Positions 37,439 through 50,454 of a DNA stretch of 64,000 bases are shown here, in pieces (position 1 is the first letter of the stretch; each line of letters starts with the position of its first letter). The notes beneath the pieces are model-generated. The model searched no databases, was not told where the DNA came from, and worked only from the letters and a program-made list of their open reading frames with translations. The DNA lies in the NCBI GenBank assembly GCA_030264375.1, contig JASCQW010000122.1, positions 22,960,517 through 23,024,516 of the forward strand. Direction: 5' to 3'. The position numbers were made by a program, and so were the translations under genes. The DNA comes from Carcharhinus longimanus. Taxonomy: Eukaryota.

Positions 37439-39167
37439 AAACACATTTCTTATTGATAAATGGAAGGTCACCACACGCTCAACTGAATTAACTAGGTTCA
37501 GCACAAAGTCTGCTTTCTATTGGCCCACTCTCAACTCTGAAGAGCACTTCTGATTTTACTGGACTAACATCTTCATTTCTGATCTCTAAGAGCGAGATTG
37601 TTAATTTGTGCGGTGCTTTTCTTACCCATGAAGGTAGCACATGAGGCACCAGGATGAGACTGAGCAAACTAATTTAATACAGGTATGCATATGAACAATG
37701 GAGGAGCTTTGGGCTACAATTTGTAACCTGTGAGTAAAGGGCTTATGGTCAGTGCCTTGGGTGGGAAATACATGTAGTATGCCATGGCTCCTGCTCCTGT
37801 GTTTTTAAAGCCACTTTAAGCAATTAGAAGTAAAATTTTACTTGAAATCATTATTAATGCGAGGAGCACAAAGTCGTACCACCTTCACTGTGAAATTCGT
37901 ACCCATTACACATTTTTCCTCAATTATAATATTCATAAAATATGAAACCATTCCATGAAAATTTATTCAGTAATGGTCAAAAAATATTAATGGAGAAAGG
38001 CAGTACAGAATTTTATAATCCTGCTGCTGGAATTAAAGTATGCAACAGTAATTTGAACAGTCATTCTCTGGTTCTAATTGAAGGTTAAAATTACAGAAAT
38101 ATTCATAATTACATAATATCGTCTCCAGTCAATGCTGGCATCAATTAAAAAGTACTGGTGCATAAGCAAATTGGCAGAGTAGACACAAAATATGAAAGAG
38201 ACTTAGTTCTTCCGAAGATTACTTCATAATCCAAAAGTTGCTACATTCATTGACCTAACTTTGTTTTCAATGCACTCTGCAGCCTGCCACACAACAGAAA
38301 CTGGTAGAACACACTACCACGTGAAGAATGCTGCCCAATGGCTTATAAATGACTGCTTTAATGAATGAGAACGCTTTACCATAATATATATTAAATTGCA
38401 CATCATGATTGGGATTTCTTCACAGTAAACTGTAAAATACCTGAAGACAAAAATCAGAAGAGATTCAACTGAGGAACAACACAAACAGAACACTGCATCA
38501 GCTGCTGGACTATCAGAACTCCACTTAACGGCAACACTGAATTTTAAACGGTGCAAAGTGAAAATGGGACTTAAACTTGGACTTCAAAACTGTCCGGGAA
38601 TCATATTCTGCATGCCAAATTTTGACTTAACAAGGCAACATTTTGTCTGCAATTTACAGTTGTGCCCCCCCCCCCACCACCCATACCAAACTCAGAAGGA
38701 AAGGTGGTCCAAGGCAGGAGAACCTTTGAAAAGCCTGCACAGCAACAACAATACATTGGGGACAGGCTAAACAGGCCAATGGTCAGACCTCCTCCCCTCC
38801 TGGATCAGAAGTCCCACTCTCCCCGAGAGCTGCAGACTATCAGATTGGCCAGCGATCTAGCAGTCCCAACATTGGCAGAACTCAGTACAGGTGGCTCCCA
38901 GGACTGCAAGGAGGCCCGGGAAAGATCATGGCAAACGGAGACAGACAAGTCCTAGACCTTTAACAGTAGGGTTGGATTGGTGAGCCTAGGGAGGGGATTG
39001 GCGGTTGGAGGGCAGGGTGGGAGAAAACAGACATCTGAAAGGGGGGGGGGGGGGGATAGAATGTGATGTGCAGGGGGAACCTCCCCAGTTGATCAGCAGC
39101 CTCTCTTTTCTTCCCACCTTTACAAAAATGATCTTCACACTCGGGCAGTGCAGTTGTGCTCAATGTT

Positions 39168-39425
39168 TTATAGAATAGAATCATAGAAGGTTTATGGCGG
39201 AATGGGGCCACTTGGCCCATCAGTGTCTGGGCCAGCCAAAAACAAGCCAGTCAACCTAATCCCACTTTCCAGCACTCAGTCCACAGCCCTGCAGGTAACA
39301 GCACTTAAGAGACATATCCAGACAACCATTTAAATGAGTTGAGGGTTTCTGCCGCTACTACCCTTTTTGAGCAGCGAGTTCCAAACTCCTACCATCCTCT
39401 GGGTGAGAAAGATTTCCTCATCTTT
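39168..39425 (-). mobile_element. CR1 LINE 3' fragment
   Basis: tagaatagaatcatagaagg...ggccacttggcccatc...taatcccactttccagcact...gcgagttccaaactcctaccatcctctgggtgagaaa. Confidence 0.8.
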
Positions 39426-40464
39426 TCATGACAGTGGAGGCAAACTGGGGCCCTTCACTTGCTCTTAACTGGGCAGTTAAATGCATTGACAGGAGCCCAG
39501 TGGACATATTACCCACCTACGTATTATGGGGAACAGGTCTGGGTTTGGATTTGGGGGGGGGGAGGAATAGGTTGGGCACCCAACGTATTTTGCTTGCTGC
39601 CTTCCACCCCTCCAAAATTACATCCACGAGAGGAAGTCAAACTCCAACTCTACAGATTTCCCAATACAATGAAAATTTCCACCCCATTGTTAACCCCCAT
39701 CAGCTTGTAAAAAATAAACTTCTGACTTTCCATTGCTTTGTACCAATCCAACCATTTTTATATAATTCCATCCATAAAATATATATCCTACGTATATAGA
39801 AAAATTACAGCTAACGCTGCTTATGATAAATTGCAGAGATCCTTGGGTATCCTCCCCCACATTAGTGACAGAGGAGATAAGATAATGTAAGAAATCAGTC
39901 TGAATATCATGTGAAAGGATCAGTACAAAGCAACTCACAGTACAATGCATTATTAATAATTTTCTGTCACTATACCAGAAATCCTTAAGAACTGAGATAT
40001 AACAATGCTCCTTCAGGACTTGAGTGTTACCAATCATATCTTTAATCCTACTCCTAAAAGTAATTTATGCTGGGTAAACAGAATTCTCAAGCTGCATTTT
40101 TTTTGTTAGACTTAAGTAGATCTGTGGGATGATTTCTTGTCATTGCTATCTGTAGCTGCATCACTAGCACAATCCAAATGGACACAATTTTCATTCCACT
40201 AGAAATGATGAAAAGCGGAAATATTGACGTAGGGACGCTGCTGCAATGGAAATCATCTCCATAGTGTTTATTTAGACCACATAATTGTGAACGAACACAT
40301 GATAAGGCTCATTTACCAAATACAAGTCTTTTTGAGAAGGGAGATATTAGATTGTAAATGGGAGTTTTCAGGCAACTATAGTTTGTTGAAGAGTAATCAC
40401 TACTTTTTTTATATAAAAAGTGCTAGGCAAAACCAAAAATGCACACTCGGTCAACTTATGAAGT

Positions 40465-40728
40465 AAAGTTTATTTATTAGTCACACATAAGTCTGACATT
40501 AACACTGCAATAAAGTTACTGTGAAATTCCCCGAGTCGCCACATGTTCAGATCAATGCACCTAACCAGCACATCTTTCAGAATGTGGGAGGGAACCAGGG
40601 TACGTGGAGGAAACCCACGCAGACACGGGGAGAATGTGCAAATTCCACACAGACAGTGACCCAAGTCAGGAATCAAACCCAGGTCCCTGTGAGGCAGCAG
40701 TGCTAACCACTGTGCTACCATGCCACCC
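40465..40728 (-). mobile_element. V-SINE with HE1-like head but a different 3' tail
   Basis: Minus gggtggcatggtagcacagtggttagcactgctgcctcac...V-domain...ggggaatttcacagtaactttattgcagtgttaatgtcagacttatgtgtgactaataaataaa. Confidence 0.88.
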
Positions 40729-42651
40729 AATTTTTATATCTTACATTTATATTTTATATTGTAAAATGTTATACTTTACCTTAGAATTATATGAATACAC
40801 TATTATCAGTAACCTGTTACTTAAGGGTACTGAACTAGAAGATTGTGAAATGGATTTTCCTCCATTGGCTATTCATTTTTTGCGTACATAAAACATCCAA
40901 CGATCCAAAAGCAGTCATTTGAGGTCCACTTCAGTTGTACCAGTGGACTTCTCTGTTCAGTATTTTCATCATGTTTCCCATGATGAAAATCAAAACTGGA
41001 CCTCAGAACCAGTGGGCTTTCCCATAGTCTCCCCCCCACCCCCATACACACACCTGGCCGGGGGGGGGGGCGGGGAGGAGGTGCAGCAGGAACGTTCGCT
41101 ACAGCGATGCCAGCCAGGTCCAACTGCTGTTCTCCTCTTCCATGCTTCTCTGTCTTTAGATGTAGGTGGGTTACAGAGGGTTATATCTCTCATACAAATC
41201 AGTAGCTGAACTGTTCCAGCTGCTATTCAACTGCAAGACAAATAGCGGCGATCTTCAGCTAACCAAGGTCCAAAGCCATTGCTAAATGAAGCTTGCCAAC
41301 ATGACTTCTTTTTGATGACAAGTTCAACTTAATAACTGGTTGACATGGAACTCACCTTTGCAACTATCAAGTCTCCTATTTGGAGATCCATGTGCTTCTC
41401 ATTGTACAAGTATTCCTCTACTGCGTTCAAATTCTGACAACATTTCTTCTGATAGAAGCCACACTTTACCTCTTGATGTCGACTCTTGGGTGTCCTTATA
41501 ACCGTAGGTTCCTGTGTCCCTCACAGGTAGTATGCTCTGAGGTGGGTGCTTGTTGATCAGGTAGAGGGTGGAGAGAATCAGGTGAAATAGTGAGGCTATT
41601 TGCTCATGTATGGAATGCAACTCAAGTTGTAGGCAATATTCTTTAACGATAAGGTGGCAGTCTCTGCCAATCCAGTCTCCCATCAGCTCAGGTTAAACCT
41701 TTCATGGGACTCCTTCAGAGCTCAAATACTGGTACCTCCTCTGGTACTAAGTACCACTTAAAGCCATCATGAAGAGAGATTTACAGCCCAAATTCTCACC
41801 CCTACTGCCATCTTCACGGACCAAGTGGGAAAAGGCAAGCATGGCTGGTGGAACCAAAATAATCAAAAACTGACATGACCCTGGCACAGAAAGCATATTG
41901 TTCCAGAATACCTTGGGTTCATTACAGAATGCACTTCATGAACTATCTGAAACAGGTCAAATAAAAAGTCTTTTGCCACTAACCCATTATGGATGGATGA
42001 GTTATTAGCATGCAAGACAAGATACATGCAGCATCCAACACCCGTTAAAGTACAAAGTGGTTTACTGCATTTAGAACTATACTCAAATTTTTAAAAATCG
42101 TTGACTAAAATTTTCCAGAACAGAGTTTTGTGTTGGCAGCATGTATTGCTGTTAAAACTCAGAATTCCCATAGGATTTTGCGCCTTTTACCGTGTTACCT
42201 AAATGTGTTACACATTTCCACTTGCACCTAAACGTAATATATCTGAGTGAGCCAAGAGCTATCTTCAAAAAGAATACTTAGATGCCAATGATGTTCAAGA
42301 TATTAATTTTAGAATTAGAATTTAAAACTCATTGTTTCATGTTAAATTAACAGCAAAGGAAAAATACAAAGAGTTATTCATATTCTGTGTTCATACAAAG
42401 GCATAATCAAGTGCTGTGTCCATTCAGACTAACCCAAAACTTGCCAGCCTTGGACTTCCAATCACTAGCAAGTGTACATGAATATTTAATGACTAGGTCA
42501 GTAGAATAATAGTGGTCTTATTCTTTCACAAGGCTTGGGCCTTGCTGGCTACGCAAGCAGTTTTATTGCATATCCCTAATTGTTCTGAGAAGGCAGGGTG
42601 AAGGTGGTGCCTTTTTGAATCACTGCAGTCCATGTGGTCTAGGCACACCCA

Positions 42652-43875
42652 AGGAACACTGCAGCAAGGAGAATCGAGAAGGTGGTCACAGCAATGACAC
42701 ACCCTTGTTTGACCCAGTCTGAATATTAATTGAGTCTGTGATAGATCCATTAGTCTGGATCTCACCCTCAGCAAGTTCCCCGCTAGAGTGGTGCTAAACA
42801 ACAGACAAGTGGGAATCTGTTCAACCTCCACTACCTGCAGACCAGATCCAAGGTTGCCCTATCCTCTGTCACTGAACTAAAATATGCGAATGATGCTTGC
42901 ATCTACACACACTCAGTAGCCAAGCTCCAAGCCAACATCTTCATCGAAGCACGAGACCACAGGCCTTTGGCTAAACATCTGTAAGACAATGGTCCTCTAC
43001 CACCCTGCCTCCGCCACAGAGCACAGCACCCTGGTTATCAAGATCCATGACAAGGCCTTGGACAACATGAACAATCTTCCATACCTTGGGAGCCTACTGT
43101 CAACAAGAACGAACAACATTGCTTTCAGTGCACCAGCGCAGCCGATGGGTCACCTGAGGAAGGGAGAATATGAAGACCAGGACCTCAGACCTGGCACCAA
43201 GCTTATGATCTACAAACTCCGATCCGGATGCAACTCTCTTTGGGCTGGATGTGGCCCACGGGCCATAGTTTGGAGACCCCTGATCTACAGAGTAGTAGTG
43301 ATGCCCACCCTCCTATATGGCTCAGAAACATGCACTATATACAGCTGCACCTCACCACTAGCACTACCTCTGCAAGATCCTGCAAATCCATTGGCAGGAT
43401 TGATACACCAACATCAGCATTCTTACTCATGCCATTATCCCCAGAATCGAAGCTTTGACCATGCTCAATTAGTTCCTCCGAGTTGACCACATCACCTGCA
43501 TGTGGTCTGATCGCAGACTCAGACAACATATGCTCTACTCGGAGCTTTGACGTGACAAGCAAACTACAGGAGGGCACAGCACATGCTTCAAGGACACTTT
43601 CAAAGCCTCTTTGAAAAGATGCAACTTCCCCATTGAATCCCTGGCCCAAGACTGGAAATGGAGAAAAAGTACCTGGGAAGGAGCTGATCAAGTCTCTTCA
43701 CCACCAAGACCAAGCATCAACAACTAAAGGAGCACATGGGAACCCACCTACCCGCTCCTCCAACCACTGTCAATCCCACCTGTGACAGACACTATAGGTC
43801 ACACGTTGGACTCCTCAGTCACCTGAGAACTCATTTTTAGTGCAGAAACAAGTCATCCTCTGCCCTAAGAACAGG
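42652..43875 (+). mobile_element. 5'-truncated RTE (BovB-like clade) LINE relic
   Basis: GNLFNL...ELKYANDAC (degenerate YADD), PYLGSLLS, DQDLRPGTKLMIY..VV.PTLLYGSET, and 3' end aagtcatcctc...ctaagaac. Confidence 0.85.
43208..43290. mobile_element. hAT/Charlie-type mini-MITE remnant inside the RTE
   Basis: Right end gggccatagtttggagacccctg (Charlie-like TIR) followed by atctacag (43283-43290). Left atctaca (43208-43214) abuts aact, the inner part of the left TIR. Confidence 0.75.
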
Positions 43876-44327
43876 AGCATCCACAGTGCTGTTAAGACAG
43901 GTGCTTCAGAATTCTCATCCAGTGACATCAAAGGAATATAATTGCAAGTCAGAATGGTATGTGGCTTGGTGAGCTTCGAGAGGTACTTGCAGGTGCTCAT
44001 GTTCCCAAGCATCTGTTGCCTTTGTCCTTTCAGGTGGTAACGGTTGTGGGTTTGGAAGGTGCTGCCAAAGGAGCCTTGGTGAGTTCCTGCAATGCAGTTG
44101 TGCAATGCCACTGCGTATAGGTGGTGGAGGGAGTGGATGATAGTGGTGGTGCCAATCAACTGCTTTGTCCTGGATGGGGTCAAACTTCTGGGGTGCTGTT
44201 GGAGTTGCACTCATCCAGGCAAATGAAAGGTATCCAATCACATTCCTGACTTGTGCCTTATCAATGCTGAATAGGCTTTAGGGAGTCAATGTGAGTTCCC
44301 ATAGAATTCCCAGTCACCTGCTTGCCT

Positions 44328-44625
44328 AGCCACAGTGGTTAGCACTGCTGCCTCACAGCATCAGGGACCCAGGTTTGATTCCCAGCTTGGGTCACAATCT
44401 GTGCAGAGTCTGCACATTCTCCATGCCTGCGTGGGTTTCCTCCGGGTGCTTGGTTTCCTCCCACCATCTGAAAGACATGTTGGTTAGGTGCATTGACCGT
44501 GCTAAAAATTCTCCCTCAAGTGTAACTGAACAGGCACCGGAGAGTGGCAGCTAAGGGATTTTCACAGTAACTTCATTGCAATTTTGTTGTAAGCCTACTC
44601 GTGACATTAGTAAATTTTGTTTTTA
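44328..44625 (+). mobile_element. V-SINE (same tail family as 40465-40728) inserted into the LINE
   Basis: cacagtggttagcactgctgcctcacagcatcagggacccaggtttgattccc...gggattttcacagtaacttcattgca...gtaagcctactcgtgacattagtaaa. Confidence 0.88.
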
Positions 44626-47600
44626 AAACAACATTTATGTGGCTGGTCCAATTCAGTTTCTAATCAATGCTAATTCCTAGGATGTTGATAGTGAGGGATT
44701 CAACAATGGTAGTGCCACTGAAAATCATGATGAGATGGTTAGGATATCTTTTATTAGAGGTAGTCATTGGCTTGCCACTTATCTGCTCCCAGCATTGTCT
44801 GGGTCTTGCTGTTGGGCACGGACTGTTTCAGTATGTAAAGAATTGTGAATGGTACTGAATATTGTGCTATGAATGAACATTTCAACTTGTGACTTTATTT
44901 TAGAATTGGGAAGCAGCTGAAGATGGCTGGGCCTAGAACATTACCCTGAGGAACTCCTACAGCAATATCCTGGGACTGAGATTGACCTCCAACAACCAGA
45001 AGTATCTTCCTTTGTGCTAAGTATGATTCTAACCAGTGGAGGGGTCCCCCTGCTTCCTATTGACTCCAGTTTTACAAGCACTCCTTGATGCCATATACAT
45101 TTGCCTTGATGTCAAGGGTCATCACTCTCACCTCTTGAATTCATGTTTGTCTTGTCCATGTTTTGACAAAGAGTAAAATGAGGCTAGGAGCTGAGTGGTC
45201 CTGGCCAAACCCAAATGTAGCCATCAGTGAGCAGATTGTTGCTAAGTACCACTTAATAGTATTGTTGACGACCCTTCTATCACTTAACTGATGATCACCA
45301 GCAGACCGATGGGATCATGATTAGCCAGATTGGATTTGTCCTGTTTTTTGTGTACAGGACATACCTGGGCTTTTTCCCACATTGCCAGGTGGATACCAGT
45401 GCTATTGCTGTACTGGAACAACTTGGCCAAGGGCACAGCTAGTTCTGGAGCATAATGCTTTAGTATTGTTGCTGGAATATTGTTAGGGCCCATAGCCTTT
45501 GCAAAATCCAGTGCATTCAGCCATTTCTTGATATCACATGGAGTGAATAAAATTGTCTGAAGACTGGCACCTGTGACATCGAAAACCTCCAAAATAGGTT
45601 GAGATGGATCATCCTCTTGGCACTTCAGGCTGGAGACTGTTGAAAATGCTTCAGATTTTTCTTTTGCACTGATATACAGGGTCTTTTACCGAGAATGATA
45701 TTTATGGAGCCTTCTCCTCCAGTTAGTTATTCAAGGTTGGATGTGGCTGGACTGCACAGCTCAGATCTGATCTGACGGTTGTGAGATGGCTTAACCCTGT
45801 CTATGCTACATGCTTTTTTCACTATTTGGCATGCAAGTATTTCTATGCTGTAACTTCACCAGGTTGACATCACACGTTTGGGTATACCTGGCTCTGCTCC
45901 TGGCACGTCCTTTCACACTCTTCATTGAACCGGGATTGATCCTCTAGTTTGATTGCAACATTAGAGTGGGGGTTTTGTCAGGCTGCGAGGTTACAGACTG
46001 GTGTTGTTTGCAATAATGTTGCTGCTGATGATGCACAGCGCCTTATGGGATGCCCAGTTTTGAGTTGCTAGATCTGTTTGAAATCTATTCCTTTTACTAG
46101 CATGATGATAGAACCACACAATGCAATGTAGGGTATCTTCAATATGGCAAAGTAATTTAATCTCTGCAAGGACAGCAGGAGATATCCTTGCCCATGTGCG
46201 TTCTGATACCATGAGGCTAAATGGGATCCAGAGTTGATGTAAAGAACTCCCGGCTGCATACTCACTGTTATCCAATTAGGGGGGACAGGTATGGTGATAG
46301 TGGTGCCACATGGTTCTGAGAGCATGACTATGTCAACCTGTTTTTCTGTGGGACAGCTCTCCCAATTTTTATGCAAGTGTCCAGATGTTAGACTATGCAG
46401 GGTTGACAGAGCCAGGTTTGCCATTATCATTTCTAGTGCTTAGGTCAATGACAAGTGGTCCTTCCAGTTTCAATCCTCTTTGCAACTTTGTAGCTAACTG
46501 AGTGGTTTGCTAGGCCACACCAGATTTCCTCCCCTAAAGAACATGACTGAACCACATGGGTTTTTATGACAGTCGAGTGTGGTCACTATCACTAAGAGTA
46601 ACTTCTTAGTTGCAAATGTATTCACTGAATTTAAATTTCACTATCTGCCAATTGAGAGAGAACTGGGTAACTAGAGAAAGATCAATATGTGTCAAAAGCA
46701 ACGAGAACCCAGGAGATGACAGATAGCAGATGACTGAAATTGACTTTAAAAATACATGTTCACACTTCTTTATATTTCTATAAACTAACAAATCAGCTAG
46801 ATGACTTCATCCAAGGCTGGACCTACAGAATTTTCCCAAATCCTAGTGTATCACGTTCAATAGCTTGCTCCTCCAATAGACTCAAAATATCACTTAAGTG
46901 GAGACGAAGGGTCCATGTTTTTTGTGCCAAGGTTACCTTTGCAAACTGCAAATGTTGGCAATGCTGATGGACTAATTATAACCCGAAAATTTGCTAACCC
47001 AAAATAGTTTTTATAAATAACTTTTCTATTCTAAACATGAAAACTGCAAGAGCTCATGCAACTATTTTACATTAAAACTGAGAATGAGTGCGACATTCCA
47101 ATGGAACTGTCTGCAGGTGGTGCTTTTGAGCATCATGTTATGTGGCTCATTAACTAAAACATCTCTAACTTAACAAAACATATAACAATGTCCCTTGCAG
47201 TCGCCAGGAATTGAAAATAATTTCCATTTCTTAATCATTTTCACACAATCCCTTCCCCAAATGAGGCCTAAAACTCTCCAATAAGGTTAAACTTCATCTA
47301 ACTACCAAATAATTAAATCATCTTATAATTCCAAAGCTAGGTTTTCAACTGAAGCAGCAACAGGAGTAGAAACAGCCTTCAAGATCAGGCTCTCATATAA
47401 TCAGCACTAATATATTAAACGTGAAAAAGGTTGTTACAATCTTGGAAACACTGGGTAAAGATTCAACAAGTTTGTCTCAATCCAATATCCCAACTTAACA
47501 TTTGCCAAGATGGAAACCACTCCCCTCTGCTGCTTCAGCTGGAGGGGGAAAGCAGCTTAGGGCAACTCCTTTACCCCATCTTTGAAGAAAATAGCCTCTG

Positions 47601-47744
47601 GTTCATTTTCGCTCTCAAGTGAGTGGGTGCAAAGTCAAGCAGTGCCACCCATCCTTCTCTCCTCTCCTCACCCCCTCCCCCTGCATAGGTCATCCAACAT
47701 AGCCATTCCTAATGCTGCACTTGGGTCTCAGCTTCCTGCATGTT

Positions 47745-49170
47745 TGATTTGATTTTGATTTATTATTGTCACATGTATTAACATGGTGAAAAGTTTCTTG
47801 CGTGCTATACAAACAAAACATACCATTAAGACAGAAGGACACAAGAGAGTGCAGAGAGAGTGTTACAGTCAGTCATAGCTAGGGTGCAGAGAAAGATCAC
47901 CTTAATGCAAGGTAAATCCATTCAAAAGGTCTGACGGCAGCAGGGAAGAAGCTGTTCTTGAGTCGGTTGGTACGTGACCTCAGACGTGTGTACCTTTTTC
48001 CCAAAGAAAGAAGGTGGAAAGAGAATGTCCAGGACGCGCAGGGTCCTTAATTATGCTGGCTGCTTTGCTGACGCAGTGGGAAGTGTAGACAGAGTATTTG
48101 GATGGGAAGCTGGTTTGCATGATGGATTGGGCTACATTCACGACCTTTTGTAGTTCCTTGTGGTCTTGGGCAGAGCAAGAGCCATACCAAGCTGTGATAC
48201 AACCAGAAAGAATGCTTTNNNNNNNNNNNNNNNNNNNNNNNNNNNNNNNNNNNNNNNNNNNNNNNNNNNNNNNNNNNNNNNNNNNNNNNNNNNNNNNNNN
48301 NNNNNNNNNNNNACAGATTGTTGGTGACCTGGACACCTAAAAGCTTATAGCTCTCGACACTTTCTACTTCGTCCCAGTTGATGTAGACAGGGGCACGTTT
48401 TCCTTTATGCTTCCTGAAGTCGATGACAATCTCCTTCATTTTGCTGACACTGAGGGAGAGATTATTGTTGCTGCACCAGTTCACCAGATTCTCCCTCTCA
48501 TTCCTGCACTGTCTCATCATTGTTTGAGATCTGGCCCATTACGGTGATGTCATCAGCAAACTTGAAAATCAAATTGAAGGGGAATTTGGCCACACAGTCA
48601 TAGGTGTATAAGGAGTATTAGTAGGGGGCTGAGAACACAGCCTTATGGGGCATCGTTGTTGGGGATGATCGTGAAGGAGGTGCTATTGCCTATTATGATT
48701 ACAGTCTGTGGGTTAGGAAGTTCTATAAAATAACATATAAAATATGATGAAGTCATCAGATAGATGACTTCAGCTAAGACTGGACCTACAGAATTTTCCC
48801 AAATTCTAATGTGTCATGTTCAACAGGATACTCCACCGAGAGACTCAAAATATCACTTAAGTGGAGCTGAAGGGTCCATCACAGAGGGAGGTGCCCACCC
48901 CCAGCCAACAGAGTTTGGAGATGAGTTTCATGGGAATAATAGTGTTGAAGACTGAGCTGTAGTCAATAAATAGGAGTCTGACATAGATGTCCTTGTTACC
49001 TAGGTGTTCCAGAGTTGAGTGTAGGGCAAGGGAAATGGCGTCTGCTGTGGACCTGTTGTGGCAGTAGGCAAAGTGTAGCGGACCCAGGTAGTCCGGCAGG
49101 CTGGAATTGATTTGTGCCATGACTCACCTTGCGAAGCACTTCCTAATGATGGATGTCAGAGCCACCAGCC
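47745..49170 (-). mobile_element. 5'-truncated Rex1/Babar LINE relic
   Basis: [87 protein letters not shown], and a tail reading aataaatcaaaatcaaatcaaac on the minus strand. Confidence 0.92.
48721..48879 (+). repeat. Diverged direct copy of 46776-46916 inserted into the Rex1 element
   Basis: Shared blocks ttctataaa.taaca, tagatgacttca, ctggacctacagaattttcccaaat, agactcaaaatatcacttaagtggag and gaagggtccat. Confidence 0.9.
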
Positions 49171-50454
49171 AATGTAACAGCATAAGAGATTGATCAGCAA
49201 GCTCATAAACGTTAGCTCTTCAATTAACTTTTACGGGGGAGTGTCATCGGGGTGACGAGCTATGCAGGACGGTTTGCTCCCTTGTTTGTGCTAAGTTAGC
49301 TGCCTGGGCTGCACGTTCCTTCGTCTAGGATGGTTGGTTCAGCTCCCAACTGCTGCCAATGACCACCATTGCGGGCGAAGGCAGGCTGAAATTCAGCTGA
49401 ATTACCTCCTGTATTGAATAGTCGACTAAGGTCACGAACAGCATGCCAAGAACCGCCAATTACCTGTCAGTACGCCAATGGAATCACAGCCCAGTACAAG
49501 TGGCCGTCTTCAAGAAAGAAGGGCAAGTGGAAGTGGGAGAAGCTGAAGAAAAATATTAACTTTACAGCTGCTGCTGCCTCAGCGCGCGTTTTAAAGCCCA
49601 CCTGTACAGTATTTGTTTAACACCGCAGCAATGATACATATACAACCGGCAGGAGCATCCTAACAGGAAATCTTTTAAACCTACCTTTTTATTTTTAAAA
49701 TGTACAAAACATTGCAGTTTCTTTTGCAACCCACTGNNNNNNNNNNACTGCTAAATATTCCCAGAAGCTCTGCATCCACTTTATAAAACAGCAGGCTTAG
49801 GTTATTTAACTTCAAACCTGTGTTTTCTTTATTGCTCAGTAGTATTCACAAGTTCCAGGATGGTGCTTCTGTTAACAGCAAGATTTTTTCTCAGTTCTAA
49901 AATTGTCTCTTGTGTTTACCCTGCTAAATATTCTCATACAGCAGTTGAAAAATCCATTAAAACCTTTGTGCAACCACAATTTGCATGAGAATCTACCACT
50001 CATGTTGTATGAAAATAAGCCCACAAACTAAGTACGTTTTGCTTCTGAAATCCATACTCTCTAGGTCTCGGTGTCAATTAACAAGCACTTAGGCCAGAAT
50101 ACAATGTTTGCATTAAAAAAAATTGTAATTACTTCCAGAGAGGAAGAGGTTTTCACTGTGCACAGACATCTCTAAGCAGATTTCTTAAGTATTTGTTAGC
50201 TTGTGCCAATTATGGGCTAGAAACAGCAGTGTGGATCTACAGTAATTCTAGCCTGTTCCTCTACCAACAATTACGAGTCAACTAAAAGCAGTTTAACTTT
50301 AGGAAGCTGCCTTCAATCACCAAAATGCCACTTTCAAATCAGAGCCCCACTTCTTTGGGAGCTTCTGGATTATCTGTGCCACTAACCACGTGCAAGTAAA
50401 ATATTAACAGTACCGGTGGGCCTGATGGTAAATACAAAGAAAGTGCATCAATGT

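Larger units (their letters stand above)
42525..46450 (-). mobile_element. Decayed CR1-group LINE (endonuclease and RT remnants), host to nested insertions
   Basis: KAMGPNNIPATILKHYAPELAVPLAKLFQYS...AQVCPVHKKQDKSNLANHDPIGLL (45284-45592), VDIVMLSE endonuclease-like motif near 46330, 3' tail at 42525-42650 resuming at ~43878. Confidence 0.85.

Noticed and set aside
42989-49120. Functional reverse transcriptase genes
   Set aside because: All RT-like ORFs are short, frameshifted or have degenerate catalytic motifs (YAND here; FAGD in the 59.3-kb CR1). They are dead retroelements.
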